The translations under genes and the position numbers were made by a program. The notes under the pieces are model-generated. The model was not told where the DNA came from, did no database searches, and saw only the letters and a list, made by a program, of their open reading frames with translations. This document shows positions 28,838 through 38,668 of a stretch of DNA of 47,860 nucleotides, one piece after another. The DNA is taken from positions 75,812-123,671 of the forward strand of contig WAKO01000015.1 in the NCBI GenBank assembly GCA_015523325.1, in the 5' to 3' direction. Each line of letters begins with the position of its first letter. Position 1 is the first letter of the stretch. The stretch comes from Candidatus Micrarchaeota archaeon (GTDB lineage Archaea > Micrarchaeota > Micrarchaeia > Anstonellales > J096).

Positions 28838-29527
28838 CTAAGAGATAAGGGAAAGAATAAAGTAAAACCCAACCTTGTAATTATATTTTGAGCTCCCTTT
28901 TTCTCTTTTATTTAAACCTCTATATCCAATAGAAGAAACCTTTGAAGGAGGAAATTGCTTTAGCAAATCAAAGCAAATCTTCCAGCCCTTGAAGACAACT
29001 CTTTTTTCATTTATTAGGGATAGTGCTTCTTTCCTTATTCCAAAAAACCCTGTTACAGGGTCTTTAAAAGTATTTTTCTTAGACAAAATAAGCCTAATAT
29101 TTGCAAAAAGAACTGCAGTATAGGATAGTATTTTTCTCCTAAAAGAGAGGCTTTTCCCTAAATCCTCTCTTTCAGCTAATACTAAAAGGTTGTTCTCTAA
29201 TTTTTCCAAAATTTTGGGAACAACCTCTAAAGGGTGTTGTAAATCACTATCAATAACCACTATTTTACTAAAACTAGCTGTTTTAATTGCTTTAAGAACA
29301 CTTCCAGAAAGGCCTAGAGGAGGAGAATTCTTTATGTAAATTACCCTTACTCCAAATTCCCTTTTTGCTCTATTCACTTCTTTTCCTGTTTTATCATCAG
29401 GAGAATCATCTACAACAATTATTTCTGAATTTGGAAATTCTTTGTTTAGTTTTTCAATAGTTGAAAATATAATTTGCTCTTCCTTAAAAGTAGGGATAAC
29501 AAAAGAAAAACTTTCTTTATTTACCAC
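28838..29527 (-). CDS. GT2 glycosyltransferase, dolichol-phosphate mannosyltransferase-like (GTG start at 29527)
   Basis: VIPTFKE, VVDDSPDDKT, DSDLQHP, DPVTGFF and R.KGSSK. Confidence 0.88.
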   Translation of the reverse strand: MVNKESFSFVIPTFKEEQIIFSTIEKLNKEFPNSEIIVVDDSPDDKTGKEVNRAKREFGVRVIYIKNSPPLGLSGSVLKAIKTASFSKIVVIDSDLQHPLEVVPKILEKLENNLLVLAEREDLGKSLSFRRKILSYTAVLFANIRLILSKKNTFKDPVTGFFGIRKEALSLINEKRVVFKGWKICFDLLKQFPPSKVSSIGYRGLNKREKGSSKYNYKVGFYFILSLIS

Positions 29528-29579
29528 AGAACAAAAACTTAATGAGAAGTAATTAAAAACTCTGCACAAATATTTTAAT

Positions 29580-29795
29580 GTGGAGATTGAGAGTAGGTTA
29601 GCTAGGCTTATAATAAAGGAGGTAAAAAACTATTCAAAGCTTGAAGAGATTGAAGAAATAGAGATTGAGATTCCTAAAGAAAACCTCACAATAAAGCAAA
29701 AAACACTAAAAAAGCTGTTTTCCTCAATAGGAATAAAACTGAAGGTTAAAGAGGGGAAAAATATAAGAATTATATCTATTTTAAGGAGAAGTTAA
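29580..29795 (+). CDS. Small hypothetical protein with weak HypA-like pattern, no Zn finger
   Basis: Helix-strand-helix-strand pattern (E.S.LA..II...IE.IEIEI...L..LF...G..I.I.SI); resemblance is weak. Confidence 0.45.
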   Translation: MEIESRLARLIIKEVKNYSKLEEIEEIEIEIPKENLTIKQKTLKKLFSSIGIKLKVKEGKNIRIISILRRS

Positions 29796-29803
29796 TGGAG
29801 AAG

Positions 29804-30235
29804 CTAATTAGAGAATATTGAATCAACCCATCTTTTAAGATAAAACAAATGCTCTTTATGATCTGCAGCAAAATCATCTCTTTTTAATGCTTCTTCTAAA
29901 GAAAGAATAATTACTTCTCCTTCTTCCCCTCCTCTAGCTTTTTCAAATTCCTTTGAGAGGCAAACAAAAGCAACAGCTACAACTCCTCTTGGGTCTCTTT
30001 TTGGAGAGCTTCCAACTCTTAATAAAGAAACTATCTCAACCTCTATCCCAACTTCTTCTCTAGCTTCTCTAATAGTGCATTCCTCAATACTCTCCTCCTT
30101 TTCTAAAAGCCCTCCAGGAAAAGCTAACATTCCTTTAAAAGGCTCTTCATTCCTCTTAATGAAGATAATTCTAGGGTTCTTAGTTATTGAATCTAGAATT
30201 ACAGCATCTCCTGCTAAAAACCTTTTTTCAGGCAT
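29804..30235 (-). CDS. NUDIX hydrolase
   Basis: Nudix box GGLLEKEESIEECTIREAREEVG, RDPRG and AADH. Confidence 0.92.
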   Translation of the reverse strand: MPEKRFLAGDAVILDSITKNPRIIFIKRNEEPFKGMLAFPGGLLEKEESIEECTIREAREEVGIEVEIVSLLRVGSSPKRDPRGVVAVAFVCLSKEFEKARGGEEGEVIILSLEEALKRDDFAADHKEHLFYLKRWVDSIFSN

Positions 30236-30299
30236 CTATATTACCCAAGTAAAAAGCTCTAATGATAAAAGCTAAAAAACAAAACAAAAAGAAAGGGGA

Positions 30300-30611
30300 T
30301 TAACCAAATAATCCTGCAAGTCCTGCTGCTGCTTCTTCCTCGCTCTTCTTTTCATCTTCTTGAGGTTTTTCTTCCTTCTTCTCTTCTTGTTGTGTTGGTT
30401 GAGGAGCAGCTTGGGAAACTGCAACAACAGGAGCTTCTAAAAGCTCTTCAATGTTTTGTCCTTTTAATGCCTCTGCCAAAACCTTTGCTTTTGCCTCATC
30501 TCCCTCAATTCCAGCTGCCTTTACAACAGCTAAAATGTTCTCTGCTGTAATCTCTTTTCCTGCGCTATGCAATATTAAAGCAGCATGCACATATGCATCA
30601 ACCTTTCCCAT
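30300..30611 (-). CDS. rpl12: Ribosomal stalk protein P1 (archaeal L12)
   Basis: YVHAALILHSAGKEI, acidic hinge and C-terminal GLAGLFG. Confidence 0.97.
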   Translation of the reverse strand: MGKVDAYVHAALILHSAGKEITAENILAVVKAAGIEGDEAKAKVLAEALKGQNIEELLEAPVVAVSQAAPQPTQQEEKKEEKPQEDEKKSEEEAAAGLAGLFG

Positions 30612-30626
30612 ATTATCGCCTCCTTC

Positions 30627-31493
30627 TTATTTTTCAGCCACCCTCTTTAAAGCATGAGCCTGAACTAAAGCTTTATGCACCAAATCCTTTATAAATGCTT
30701 CAGTAGGAAATCCTGCATTAACTGCTAAAGCTCTCTCAAAAGAATAGGCTTTATTTAGCAAGAATTTTGCATTCTCTGGAGTTGGATAGGAAATGTTAAC
30801 ACTTAAGTTAAATGCATCAGCATAGAGAGCCTTTATATCTTCTCTTATTTCCTCAACCTTTATTAGCAATACTTCTTGGTCAAACACTGTTTCTCCATCC
30901 CAAGCTTTATAGATTTTCAATCCAACTTTGAATGGCTTTATTCCTAAAAGCTGAAGGACAGAGGCTTTCTCCTTTGTTACAGCCTCTCCTTTTTTAACCA
31001 CAACACTATCTTTTGCTACAACTATCTTACCTCTTTCTATCTTAACATTAACTCCAGCTGCTTTAAGTTGGGATAAAGCAGGACCTGGTTGTAAATCAGT
31101 CTCTCCAGCCTCAACAACTATATCTTCTTCAGCAACATCTCCTTCCTTTGCAGGCATATCCATTAAATTATTAGCTAAATAGGTTGCTACACTATAAGGA
31201 GATTCATTTATCCCAACAACCATTACAGGGAACTCTATTTTCTCATAAAAGCTTTCTGGAATTCCTAAACCCTCTAAAGCTCTCTTTATTACAGCTAACT
31301 TTGAAACTTTTAGGAACGCTCCCTTTTGTTCTCTTAAGGATTTTCTGGATGATTGTAAAAGTTTGTCAGGAACTTTTCTCAAATCTATCAATAGGATTGA
31401 CTTAAAACCCTTCAGATTGCTTTGGATTTCCTCCACTCTTTTTTTCTTTTCTTTTATTGCCCTCCTAGACTCATCAACTTTATAAGCTCTCAT
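30627..31493 (-). CDS. rpl10: Ribosomal protein P0 (uL10)
   Basis: PAKEGDVA.EDIVVEAG.T.L.PGP and LGIKPFKVGL; lies between L1 and P1. Confidence 0.95.
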   Translation of the reverse strand: MRAYKVDESRRAIKEKKKRVEEIQSNLKGFKSILLIDLRKVPDKLLQSSRKSLREQKGAFLKVSKLAVIKRALEGLGIPESFYEKIEFPVMVVGINESPYSVATYLANNLMDMPAKEGDVAEEDIVVEAGETDLQPGPALSQLKAAGVNVKIERGKIVVAKDSVVVKKGEAVTKEKASVLQLLGIKPFKVGLKIYKAWDGETVFDQEVLLIKVEEIREDIKALYADAFNLSVNISYPTPENAKFLLNKAYSFERALAVNAGFPTEAFIKDLVHKALVQAHALKRVAEK

Positions 31494-31539
31494 AAACTCA
31501 CTCTCCTAATTTTTAGCTCTTTAATTTTTTAAACCTTAA

Positions 31540-32172
31540 TCAAACCTTAATAGCTGGAGACATTGTGAGCTTAACATAAATACTTCTTATATTTCCCTCA
31601 GGTATTTTTCTCTTTATTTCATTTATAACAGCTTCAGCATTCTCAACCAAATCTTCAATTGGCATTGATTCCTCTCCTATAAATGCATGAACAGTAGGCA
31701 AGTATTTTCCTTTAGTTTGTATTCTTACTAACCTCTTAACATCTTCAACAGCTTTTGAGAGATCTCCGACAGCTGGCTTTGGTATTTTTCCTCTAGGTCC
31801 TAAAACTCTTCCCCAATTCTTTGCTATCAGAGAGATTGCTCTTGGCTCTGCTAAAATGAAGTACTCTTTTGCTATCTTTTTAACTTCTTTTAAAGACTTG
31901 TTCTTAACATCTTCCATTAAAAGCTTCTCAACATCCTCTCTATCCTTAAACTTGCTTAAGAATTGCTCACTTCCTATAACTAAAACTTTGTTTGCCTTCT
32001 TTCCCCTTCCTTTTGGAAGTACAACATCTAAATTCAACCTATTTTCTGGTTTGGAGAAGTCTACGGCCCTAAAATTAACAATAAGTTCAACGCTTTGATT
32101 AAATTTCCTTTTCCCCTTAAACTCCATTAGCTTTTCTAAAGCTTTCTTTAAGTTTTCTAGCTTTATCTCCAT
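31540..32172 (-). CDS. rpl1: 50S ribosomal protein uL1
   Basis: RKFNQSVELIVN, GRVLGPRGK.P and YVKLTMSP. Confidence 0.97.
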   Translation of the reverse strand: MEIKLENLKKALEKLMEFKGKRKFNQSVELIVNFRAVDFSKPENRLNLDVVLPKGRGKKANKVLVIGSEQFLSKFKDREDVEKLLMEDVKNKSLKEVKKIAKEYFILAEPRAISLIAKNWGRVLGPRGKIPKPAVGDLSKAVEDVKRLVRIQTKGKYLPTVHAFIGEESMPIEDLVENAEAVINEIKRKIPEGNIRSIYVKLTMSPAIKV

Positions 32173-32210
32173 CTAATCCCTCCCACTAAATAGTGGTAAT
32201 GCGGGTTTAG
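32173..32210 (-). promoter_or_regulatory. Putative L1-binding autoregulatory hairpin overlapping the rpl1 SD
   Basis: CUAAACCC-GCAUUA-CCACUA-UU-UAGUGG-GA-GGGAUUAG directly before the AUG; asymmetric GCnnnn/GA loop as in known L1 mRNA targets. Confidence 0.7.
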
Positions 32211-32250
32211 AGCTTTTTTCTTAGGAAGTGTTTAAAAACTTTGTTATTTT

Positions 32251-33525
32251 TTAGGAGAAAACCCCAAGCTTTTTCTTGGCCTTCTCAATCTCTTCAAAAA
32301 TTCTTTCCCTAAACCCATTCACAAAATTAGGGGAAGTTAAATCAAAAACTCTTTCTCCATTTATAAAAACCTTCTCTACATTATCTCTTTTGGAGGAATG
32401 GACAATGGAGGTGTAGTAATCTCCAAAAGGAACCATATTCTCTTTTGGGTTTAAAACCACTAAATCAGCTTCAAAACCTTCCCTAATAAAACCAGAATTA
32501 AATGAGAGCGCTTTTGCTCCATTTGAAGTAGCTGCTCTAAAGATTTCTCTCGCTTTTCCAAAATTGGCTCTCCAATATTTATGTTTTTGTAAAAGAGAAG
32601 CAACCTTCATAACTTCAAAAAAATCAATAATGTTAGAACTAGCAACCCCATCACTCCCTAAAGTTAGGAGAGCTCCTTGCCTTAAAAATTCCTCAAATGG
32701 CATTATTCCTCCTGTAGCTAACTTTAAATTGCTAATTGGGTTGTGGCTTAAGGCAGCTTTTGAGGAGGAGAGGAGCTTTATTTCTCTCTTTGTAACCCAA
32801 GAGGAATGTGCAAAAACAGTATTCTCTCCTAAAACTCCAAGACTTTCCAAATACTCAACAGGCCTCTTCCCTTTTTCCTTTAAAGAGAAGAACAATTCCT
32901 CTCTAGTTTCAGCCACATGCATGTGGAAGAGCAACCCCTTTTCCCTAGAAATCTCAAAAGCCTTAACTATTAGCTCTTCACTACAAGAATAAATTGCATG
33001 GCAAGCTACTCCAGCTTTTATGTTTTCCCCATAACCTTCACATTCTCTAATCCAAGAGAGGGTTTTTGATAGCTCCTCTTTTGGGGAAGAAAACTTCTCA
33101 AACATTCCATAGCTTATGACTGCCTTTAATCCCAAAAGCTTGCAAGCATTTGCTATCTCCTTTAATCCTTTCCAATACATGTCATTAATTGCTACAACTC
33201 CACTCCTAACACAATCAGCCAAGCTTAATAAGGAGGAGTAATAAAGCAACTCCTCATTAACTTCAACCTCCTTCATAATTACTTTTTCCAACCACTCATG
33301 TAAAGGCAAATCCTCCTCACTGTTTCTCAAAAAAGTCATAGCAATGTGAGAGTGAGTGTTGAAAAAAGCTGGAATAATTATCCTTCCAGAGCAATCAATT
33401 ACTTCCCCTCTTTTAAACCCATTTACTTCCTTTCCAACATATGATATTTTTCCATCCTCAACATAAACATTAGCTTTTCCTGTTCTCTCTGAATCAACAA
33501 TAAATGCATTTTTCAAGAGAAGCAT
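32251..33525 (-). CDS. Metal-dependent amidohydrolase (MTA/SAH deaminase-like)
   Basis: NTHSH, HMHVAET, AH, HNPISNLKL and LGSDG. Confidence 0.88.
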   Translation of the reverse strand: MLLLKNAFIVDSERTGKANVYVEDGKISYVGKEVNGFKRGEVIDCSGRIIIPAFFNTHSHIAMTFLRNSEEDLPLHEWLEKVIMKEVEVNEELLYYSSLLSLADCVRSGVVAINDMYWKGLKEIANACKLLGLKAVISYGMFEKFSSPKEELSKTLSWIRECEGYGENIKAGVACHAIYSCSEELIVKAFEISREKGLLFHMHVAETREELFFSLKEKGKRPVEYLESLGVLGENTVFAHSSWVTKREIKLLSSSKAALSHNPISNLKLATGGIMPFEEFLRQGALLTLGSDGVASSNIIDFFEVMKVASLLQKHKYWRANFGKAREIFRAATSNGAKALSFNSGFIREGFEADLVVLNPKENMVPFGDYYTSIVHSSKRDNVEKVFINGERVFDLTSPNFVNGFRERIFEEIEKAKKKLGVFS

Positions 33526-33533
33526 TTTCTCCC

Positions 33534-34586
33534 CTAAACCTTAAGCTTTATCATATAAGCTTTTACCACTCTATTCCCAACCTTTATAACTTCACACCTA
33601 ACATAACCTTCTTTAATTAACTCCTTTAAATAGAGGCCAACCGTTCTTTTTCCTTTAGAAAGCTTTTTAGCTATTTCCTCTTCCGTGAGGTATTGAGAAT
33701 TTAAAAGAAGTTCTAGAATTTCTCTTTTATTTTTAGGAAGCCTTCCTAAATCCTCATCAACCAAAGAGGAGAGGAGGAGCCTCTTTGCTTCTTCAACATC
33801 CTCAATAAGTATTTTCTTATGTTCCTTACTCTCAGCAATGTTGGCAGAGTGGAAAAGCAAAACTATTCCTGCTCTAGCATTTGCTTTATGTTTTGCAGCA
33901 AATCCCGCTATTTTTCCAATAACCTCCTCATCATAACTTAAAGGGGAAAGCCCCAACTTTGCCCTATCAAATAAAATCCTCTTTATTTCTTTTGGAGAAT
34001 ATCTCCTAAACTCTAAGCTTAGTGCAAATCCAACTAGTTTTGAAAAAAACATAACTATGGGAACATTACTTATGAACACAAACATAATCTCCAATTCCTC
34101 ATTTTTAGCTAAGTTGTATAGAGAGTCTTTATCCTTAAATGAATCCACCTCATCCAAAAAAATTACCAACTTTTTTATCCTTCCTTTAGCCCTCTCTAAA
34201 AACTCTCCAAAAGAAATTCCTCTCTCTGGGATAAAAAAACCAGAAGCTCTAGCAATTTCCTTTAGCAACATAAGCAAAGAAGGTTTTTCTTTTGCATCAA
34301 TGTATAGAGAGGGGATCCCTTTTTTATTTAATTCCCTATGAAGAAATTTTGCAACAGCCGTTTTTCCAGTTCCTTGCAACCCAAAACAATAAACATGGGT
34401 CTTAACACCCCTCAAAAAAGAGTTTATAGCATACCTAATAGAATTTATTTCATTTTCCCTGCCTACTAATTCTAAAGGAACATAAGAGGGGTGGAAAACA
34501 TTTCTATTCCTTATTATCATTAAACTAAAGTTTGGAGGAAGAATTTTTAAGGACATTCCAAGAGCTAAAGGGGGAAAGCAGTTCAT
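33534..34586 (-). CDS. Divergent Orc1/Cdc6 paralog
   Basis: YVP.ELVGRENE, GLQGTGKT, LDEVD and F.RY; C-terminal HTH. True start may be internal. Confidence 0.8.
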   Translation of the reverse strand: MNCFPPLALGMSLKILPPNFSLMIIRNRNVFHPSYVPLELVGRENEINSIRYAINSFLRGVKTHVYCFGLQGTGKTAVAKFLHRELNKKGIPSLYIDAKEKPSLLMLLKEIARASGFFIPERGISFGEFLERAKGRIKKLVIFLDEVDSFKDKDSLYNLAKNEELEIMFVFISNVPIVMFFSKLVGFALSLEFRRYSPKEIKRILFDRAKLGLSPLSYDEEVIGKIAGFAAKHKANARAGIVLLFHSANIAESKEHKKILIEDVEEAKRLLLSSLVDEDLGRLPKNKREILELLLNSQYLTEEEIAKKLSKGKRTVGLYLKELIKEGYVRCEVIKVGNRVVKAYMIKLKV

Positions 34587-36217
34587 TATTCTTCAAGCTT
34601 CTTAATCTCATCCTTTAGGAAGAGCTCAACCAAAGAAGCATAAGCTGGTCTTGAAACTAAAACTCCTAAAAGAGCTCCTAAAATTGTGGAAGTAGCAAAC
34701 CCTATTATCTCAACAAAAGGAGAAAATATTAGAGGAAACATAGAAACAATTATTATTAGAGCATTAACCTTTATTATTTCAAAAGCTTTCTCCAATTTTT
34801 CCTTTATTCTTCCTCTCCTAAGCAACTCATCAGTGATAACAATTTGTGAATCTATACTAACACCAACAACAGCGATTATTCCAGCCATAGAAGCTAAGTC
34901 AAGGTTAAACGAACCAACTAAGGCAAAGAGTATTAGGACTTCTACAAAAGTAATAATTATCATTGGAACTATTAGCTTAACTCTCCTATAACGAAGAGAA
35001 ACAAACAGAGAAACAGTTAATAAAGCAACAACTAAACCAAAGAAGGAATAATAAAAGAACCTCTCTCCTAATTTGCTTGGAATTTGAGTTTTGCTTCCTG
35101 TAAATACTTTTACAGGCAAGGACCCTCCTTTTAATATTGTTTCAATTAGCCTTGCCTCCTCATCCGCCTCCTCAGGAGGAGAGTTCCCACTTATTGTAAA
35201 AACCTGAACAACATTTCCAGAAGTTACTTCCTCTCCCAAAATTGGAGAGCTAAGTAATCCTATAGCCTCCCACTTATCCAAAACAACTCCCCTCGAACCT
35301 ACCAAAAAGCTAGGTAAATCATAAAAAACTGTTACATTCTCATTATCCTTTAACAGATCAACCCACTTGCTATCCTTATAAACCAAAACATTTTTTCCTT
35401 CTGCCATAGAAAGATTAAATTCTTCATCAAACACTAATTCCATATCCACCAAAGAATCTCTTAAGGAGAGTAAAGCATCTATTTCCAATCCAGGAGGAGC
35501 TGAATCCAAAAGCTCATCTTTAGGGATAACAATTAGAGCGTTTTTGGGTCTATCTAAAAACATGTAGAGAGGTTTTCCTCCTTTTCCCTTAACTTTTTGC
35601 GCAAACTCCTCAGCAGCCTTTCTATCAATTGAAAAGGAAACCCCCCATGTTGCCCCATCCAAAAAGGAGGGGGGAACCCTTGAAACAGTTCCCTCTATTA
35701 TATTCTCTCCTCTCAAAACTACTTCTCCATCCACTATTCCTTCAAAAATTCCTTGCTTTTCTACTATTTTCTCTAGCTTTTGCAACAACTCTTCATCATC
35801 TTCAGAGAACTCAACATGTATTTGGTTGTTCCCTACTCCCCTAACAGTTATTGCTTTTAAACCTAAAAAGTCTGAGAGTCTTCTCTTTATTTCACTAACC
35901 ATTAACTCCATCGTAGCCTCATCAACTGGTTCTTGTAAAGTTAAAGGAACCCTTATTCCTCCTTTAAAATCAACTCCCATCTTTAAAGGAGTGAAGAGAA
36001 CAACAATTAAAGAGATAAAGGCTAAGCAAAATAATGCTATTAGCTTTGTTTTGCTATCTTTTGCGGTAGAGGAGAGATAACCAAAAAGTATTACTGAAAC
36101 AAGCATAACAGCTCCTGAAGAGGAAGGAGAGAAAAGCAAAATCAACGAGAATAGTAAAGCAAATGCAATTGAGAAGTTTCTCTTATTCAAATTCTTAACA
36201 AAGCTCTTAAAGTTCAT
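34586..36217 (-). CDS. secD: Protein translocase subunit SecD
   Basis: GVDFKGG, GGSLPV, LGERF, LDLASMAGII and D.QIVITDE. Confidence 0.92.
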   Translation of the reverse strand: MNFKSFVKNLNKRNFSIAFALLFSLILLFSPSSSGAVMLVSVILFGYLSSTAKDSKTKLIALFCLAFISLIVVLFTPLKMGVDFKGGIRVPLTLQEPVDEATMELMVSEIKRRLSDFLGLKAITVRGVGNNQIHVEFSEDDEELLQKLEKIVEKQGIFEGIVDGEVVLRGENIIEGTVSRVPPSFLDGATWGVSFSIDRKAAEEFAQKVKGKGGKPLYMFLDRPKNALIVIPKDELLDSAPPGLEIDALLSLRDSLVDMELVFDEEFNLSMAEGKNVLVYKDSKWVDLLKDNENVTVFYDLPSFLVGSRGVVLDKWEAIGLLSSPILGEEVTSGNVVQVFTISGNSPPEEADEEARLIETILKGGSLPVKVFTGSKTQIPSKLGERFFYYSFFGLVVALLTVSLFVSLRYRRVKLIVPMIIITFVEVLILFALVGSFNLDLASMAGIIAVVGVSIDSQIVITDELLRRGRIKEKLEKAFEIIKVNALIIIVSMFPLIFSPFVEIIGFATSTILGALLGVLVSRPAYASLVELFLKDEIKKLEE

Positions 36218-37317
36218 TTTTTCCCTCCTTTACTCTCATGTCCTTTTCTTTCTAGATAGAAAAGCAAAAGCATTGCATTTATTCCCCATGTAGCCACTAA
36301 ATCTCCTAGCAATCCTATTAATGCTACTGAAGCTATTTCATAGTAAAGTGAAATCCTAAAGTAAGAGGAAAGCAGGAAGATAACTGAAAATGCTATTATT
36401 GCTGTTACACTCATTGTTGAACCTGTTCTAAACGCTTGTTCAGCTCTTTTTGCAGGAGCCTCCTCCTTCCTCTTAATCATCCTTATTGTTAACAAAGTAT
36501 CTGTATCAAGAGAATAACCAATTATCATCAATAAAGCTGCAAAAGTTGCAAGGCTTAAAGGAATATCAAAGAAAGCCATTCCTCCTAGTGCAATAATTAA
36601 ATCAGAGAGAGCTCCAATTAAAACAGCTAAAGAAGGAATAAGCTCTCTAAAATAGATGAAAACAAAAAGACTAACCAAGAACGCTGAGATAAGAGAAATT
36701 CTTTGGGCTTCTTGAGTAAATGAAACACTCAATAGGGGAGAAACCAATTGGAAAGAGAATGACTCTGCCTTAATAACCTCTTCTATTGTATTAACTAATT
36801 CCTTCTCATAATAATCATAAACCATTCCATACAACTCATAAAAAGCTGTCCTTGCCTCATTTGGAGAGGTAGAGGTTACTTCATAATCAATTCCTAAGGA
36901 TGAGGCTACTCCAACCGCTTTTTCTAACTCCTGATTTATTAGTTTTGAGAGCTCCTCCTGTTTTTCAACATCTTGGGAAAGAACAGCTTGAGAATACTCT
37001 TCAAAATAAGAATCAATGTTCCTCTTTATATTTTCAAAGCTATCAATAAATTCAGGATGGGGAGTTGTTATTTCATACCTATACCCATTAGGAGTTGTAA
37101 AAACTTTTACTTCAGAATTAAAGCCTCTTTCTCTTAAAAAATTTTGGAATTCTTCTTTTGAAACTTCTTGAGGAGAATCAAGAACAATTAAAGAACCTCC
37201 TTTGAAATCCACTCCTAAATCAATTCCTTTAGTAAATATTTGATATAGTGAGAAAGCAACCAAAATCAGGGCTAGGAAAGAAATAACATACTTTAAGTTA
37301 GTTGTATAGATCTCCAT
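36214..37317 (-). CDS. secF: Protein translocase subunit SecF
   Basis: LGVDFKGGS, LMIIGYSLDTDTLLT and TGSTMSVT. Confidence 0.92.
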   Translation of the reverse strand: MEIYTTNLKYVISFLALILVAFSLYQIFTKGIDLGVDFKGGSLIVLDSPQEVSKEEFQNFLRERGFNSEVKVFTTPNGYRYEITTPHPEFIDSFENIKRNIDSYFEEYSQAVLSQDVEKQEELSKLINQELEKAVGVASSLGIDYEVTSTSPNEARTAFYELYGMVYDYYEKELVNTIEEVIKAESFSFQLVSPLLSVSFTQEAQRISLISAFLVSLFVFIYFRELIPSLAVLIGALSDLIIALGGMAFFDIPLSLATFAALLMIIGYSLDTDTLLTIRMIKRKEEAPAKRAEQAFRTGSTMSVTAIIAFSVIFLLSSYFRISLYYEIASVALIGLLGDLVATWGINAMLLLFYLERKGHESKGGKK

Positions 37318-37412
37318 AAAGTCACTTCCCTAAACAATAGTTCTAGTTTATTTTTGCTTGGTTTTAAAAATATTGAGCAAACTAATTAAAAAACTTAATT
37401 TTAAGTTTAATT

Positions 37413-38003
37413 GTGGCAAAATTGGTTGAAAAGGAGAAGAAAGAAGAAAAACCTCTTGCAATAAAAAGAGTAGAGGAGAGGGAAAAGCTAAAAAAGCTCT
37501 ACAAAGAAGGGGCTGCAGATATAGAGCATGTAGAGATAAAAAAGCTAGAAGAAGAGGATTTGGATGAAGCTCTAAAAATCATAGGGTCTTTTGGTATTGA
37601 GATAAATGAAGAATTAAAGAAAGACCTTTTGGAAATAATAAAGGAGGAATTAAGCTTTGGGGCTTATGTTGATAGAGTTTTAGTTGGAGTTTTATTGGCT
37701 TTTGGAGTTTTTTATGATGGAGAAGAGGTTAAGGAGAGTCCTCAAAACTCTTCCTTTATAGAAGACATATACATCATAAACTTATATGAAGGGAAAGGAA
37801 TAAGGGAAAAACTAATAGAGGAGCTTATAAAAGAATCAAAGGAAAGAGGGCTTAAGTATGTATTGTTTTTAGAGGATAAGATAATTAATCCTAAAGAAAT
37901 TGATAGAGAGAGGAAAATAATGAGGGTGTTGGCATCCTTTGGGTTTAAGTTTAAAATTAATGAGAAGGAAAACTACACATTAGCTCTAAAAGAGCTTATC
38001 TAA
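37413..38003 (+). CDS. GNAT-fold protein
   Basis: IEDIYI...YEGKGIREKLI and FGF motifs. Confidence 0.7.
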   Translation: MAKLVEKEKKEEKPLAIKRVEEREKLKKLYKEGAADIEHVEIKKLEEEDLDEALKIIGSFGIEINEELKKDLLEIIKEELSFGAYVDRVLVGVLLAFGVFYDGEEVKESPQNSSFIEDIYIINLYEGKGIREKLIEELIKESKERGLKYVLFLEDKIINPKEIDRERKIMRVLASFGFKFKINEKENYTLALKELI

Positions 38004-38014
38004 GTCCTCCTTCT

Positions 38015-38668
38015 TCAATCTTTCAATTTATTCTTATAAAAATCGCAATAATCTCTAACAACACATTCTCCACATAAAGGCTTTTTTGGTTTGCATATTG
38101 TTTGGCCATAAGCAACAAAAACCTTGTTTATTTTTCTCCTTAAGGATCTTGGAACTATTTTTTTCAATTCCTCTTCTGTTTTTTCAGGGGTTTTTGTGCT
38201 AACCAAGCCCAACCTATTGCTAATCCTATGAACATGCGTGTCTACTCCAATAACTGGCTTTTTAAAAGCTTCTCCTAACACAACATTAGCTGTTTTCCTC
38301 CCCACACCGGGTAATTTCACTAACTCCTCAAAGGTCTTTGGGAGTCCTTTCTCAACCACATGTTTTGCTATCTTAATGAGGCGGGGGGCTTTTGTTTTAT
38401 AAAATCCAACCCCATAAATTAACTTTTCCACTTCTTTAGGAGAGGCATTTGCTAAAGCTTCAGGAGTTTTAAATCTATTTATTAGATTTCTAACAGCTTT
38501 TCCAGTTGTTTCATCCTTTGTTCTAGAACTCAAAACTACAAAAATCAAAAGCCAAAAAGGAGAGCTTTCAAACCCTTTTTTTGCATAAAAAATAGGGGCT
38601 TTCCTTTGCCTTGCCAAGCTTTCCATATCCTTAAGATTTTTCTTTAGCTTTTCCAGAAATGGGTGCAT
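38015..38668 (-). CDS. nth: Endonuclease III
   Basis: HhH LPGVGRKTA, VDTHVHR and 4Fe-4S C-x6-C-x2-C-x5-C. Confidence 0.97.
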   Translation of the reverse strand: MHPFLEKLKKNLKDMESLARQRKAPIFYAKKGFESSPFWLLIFVVLSSRTKDETTGKAVRNLINRFKTPEALANASPKEVEKLIYGVGFYKTKAPRLIKIAKHVVEKGLPKTFEELVKLPGVGRKTANVVLGEAFKKPVIGVDTHVHRISNRLGLVSTKTPEKTEEELKKIVPRSLRRKINKVFVAYGQTICKPKKPLCGECVVRDYCDFYKNKLKD

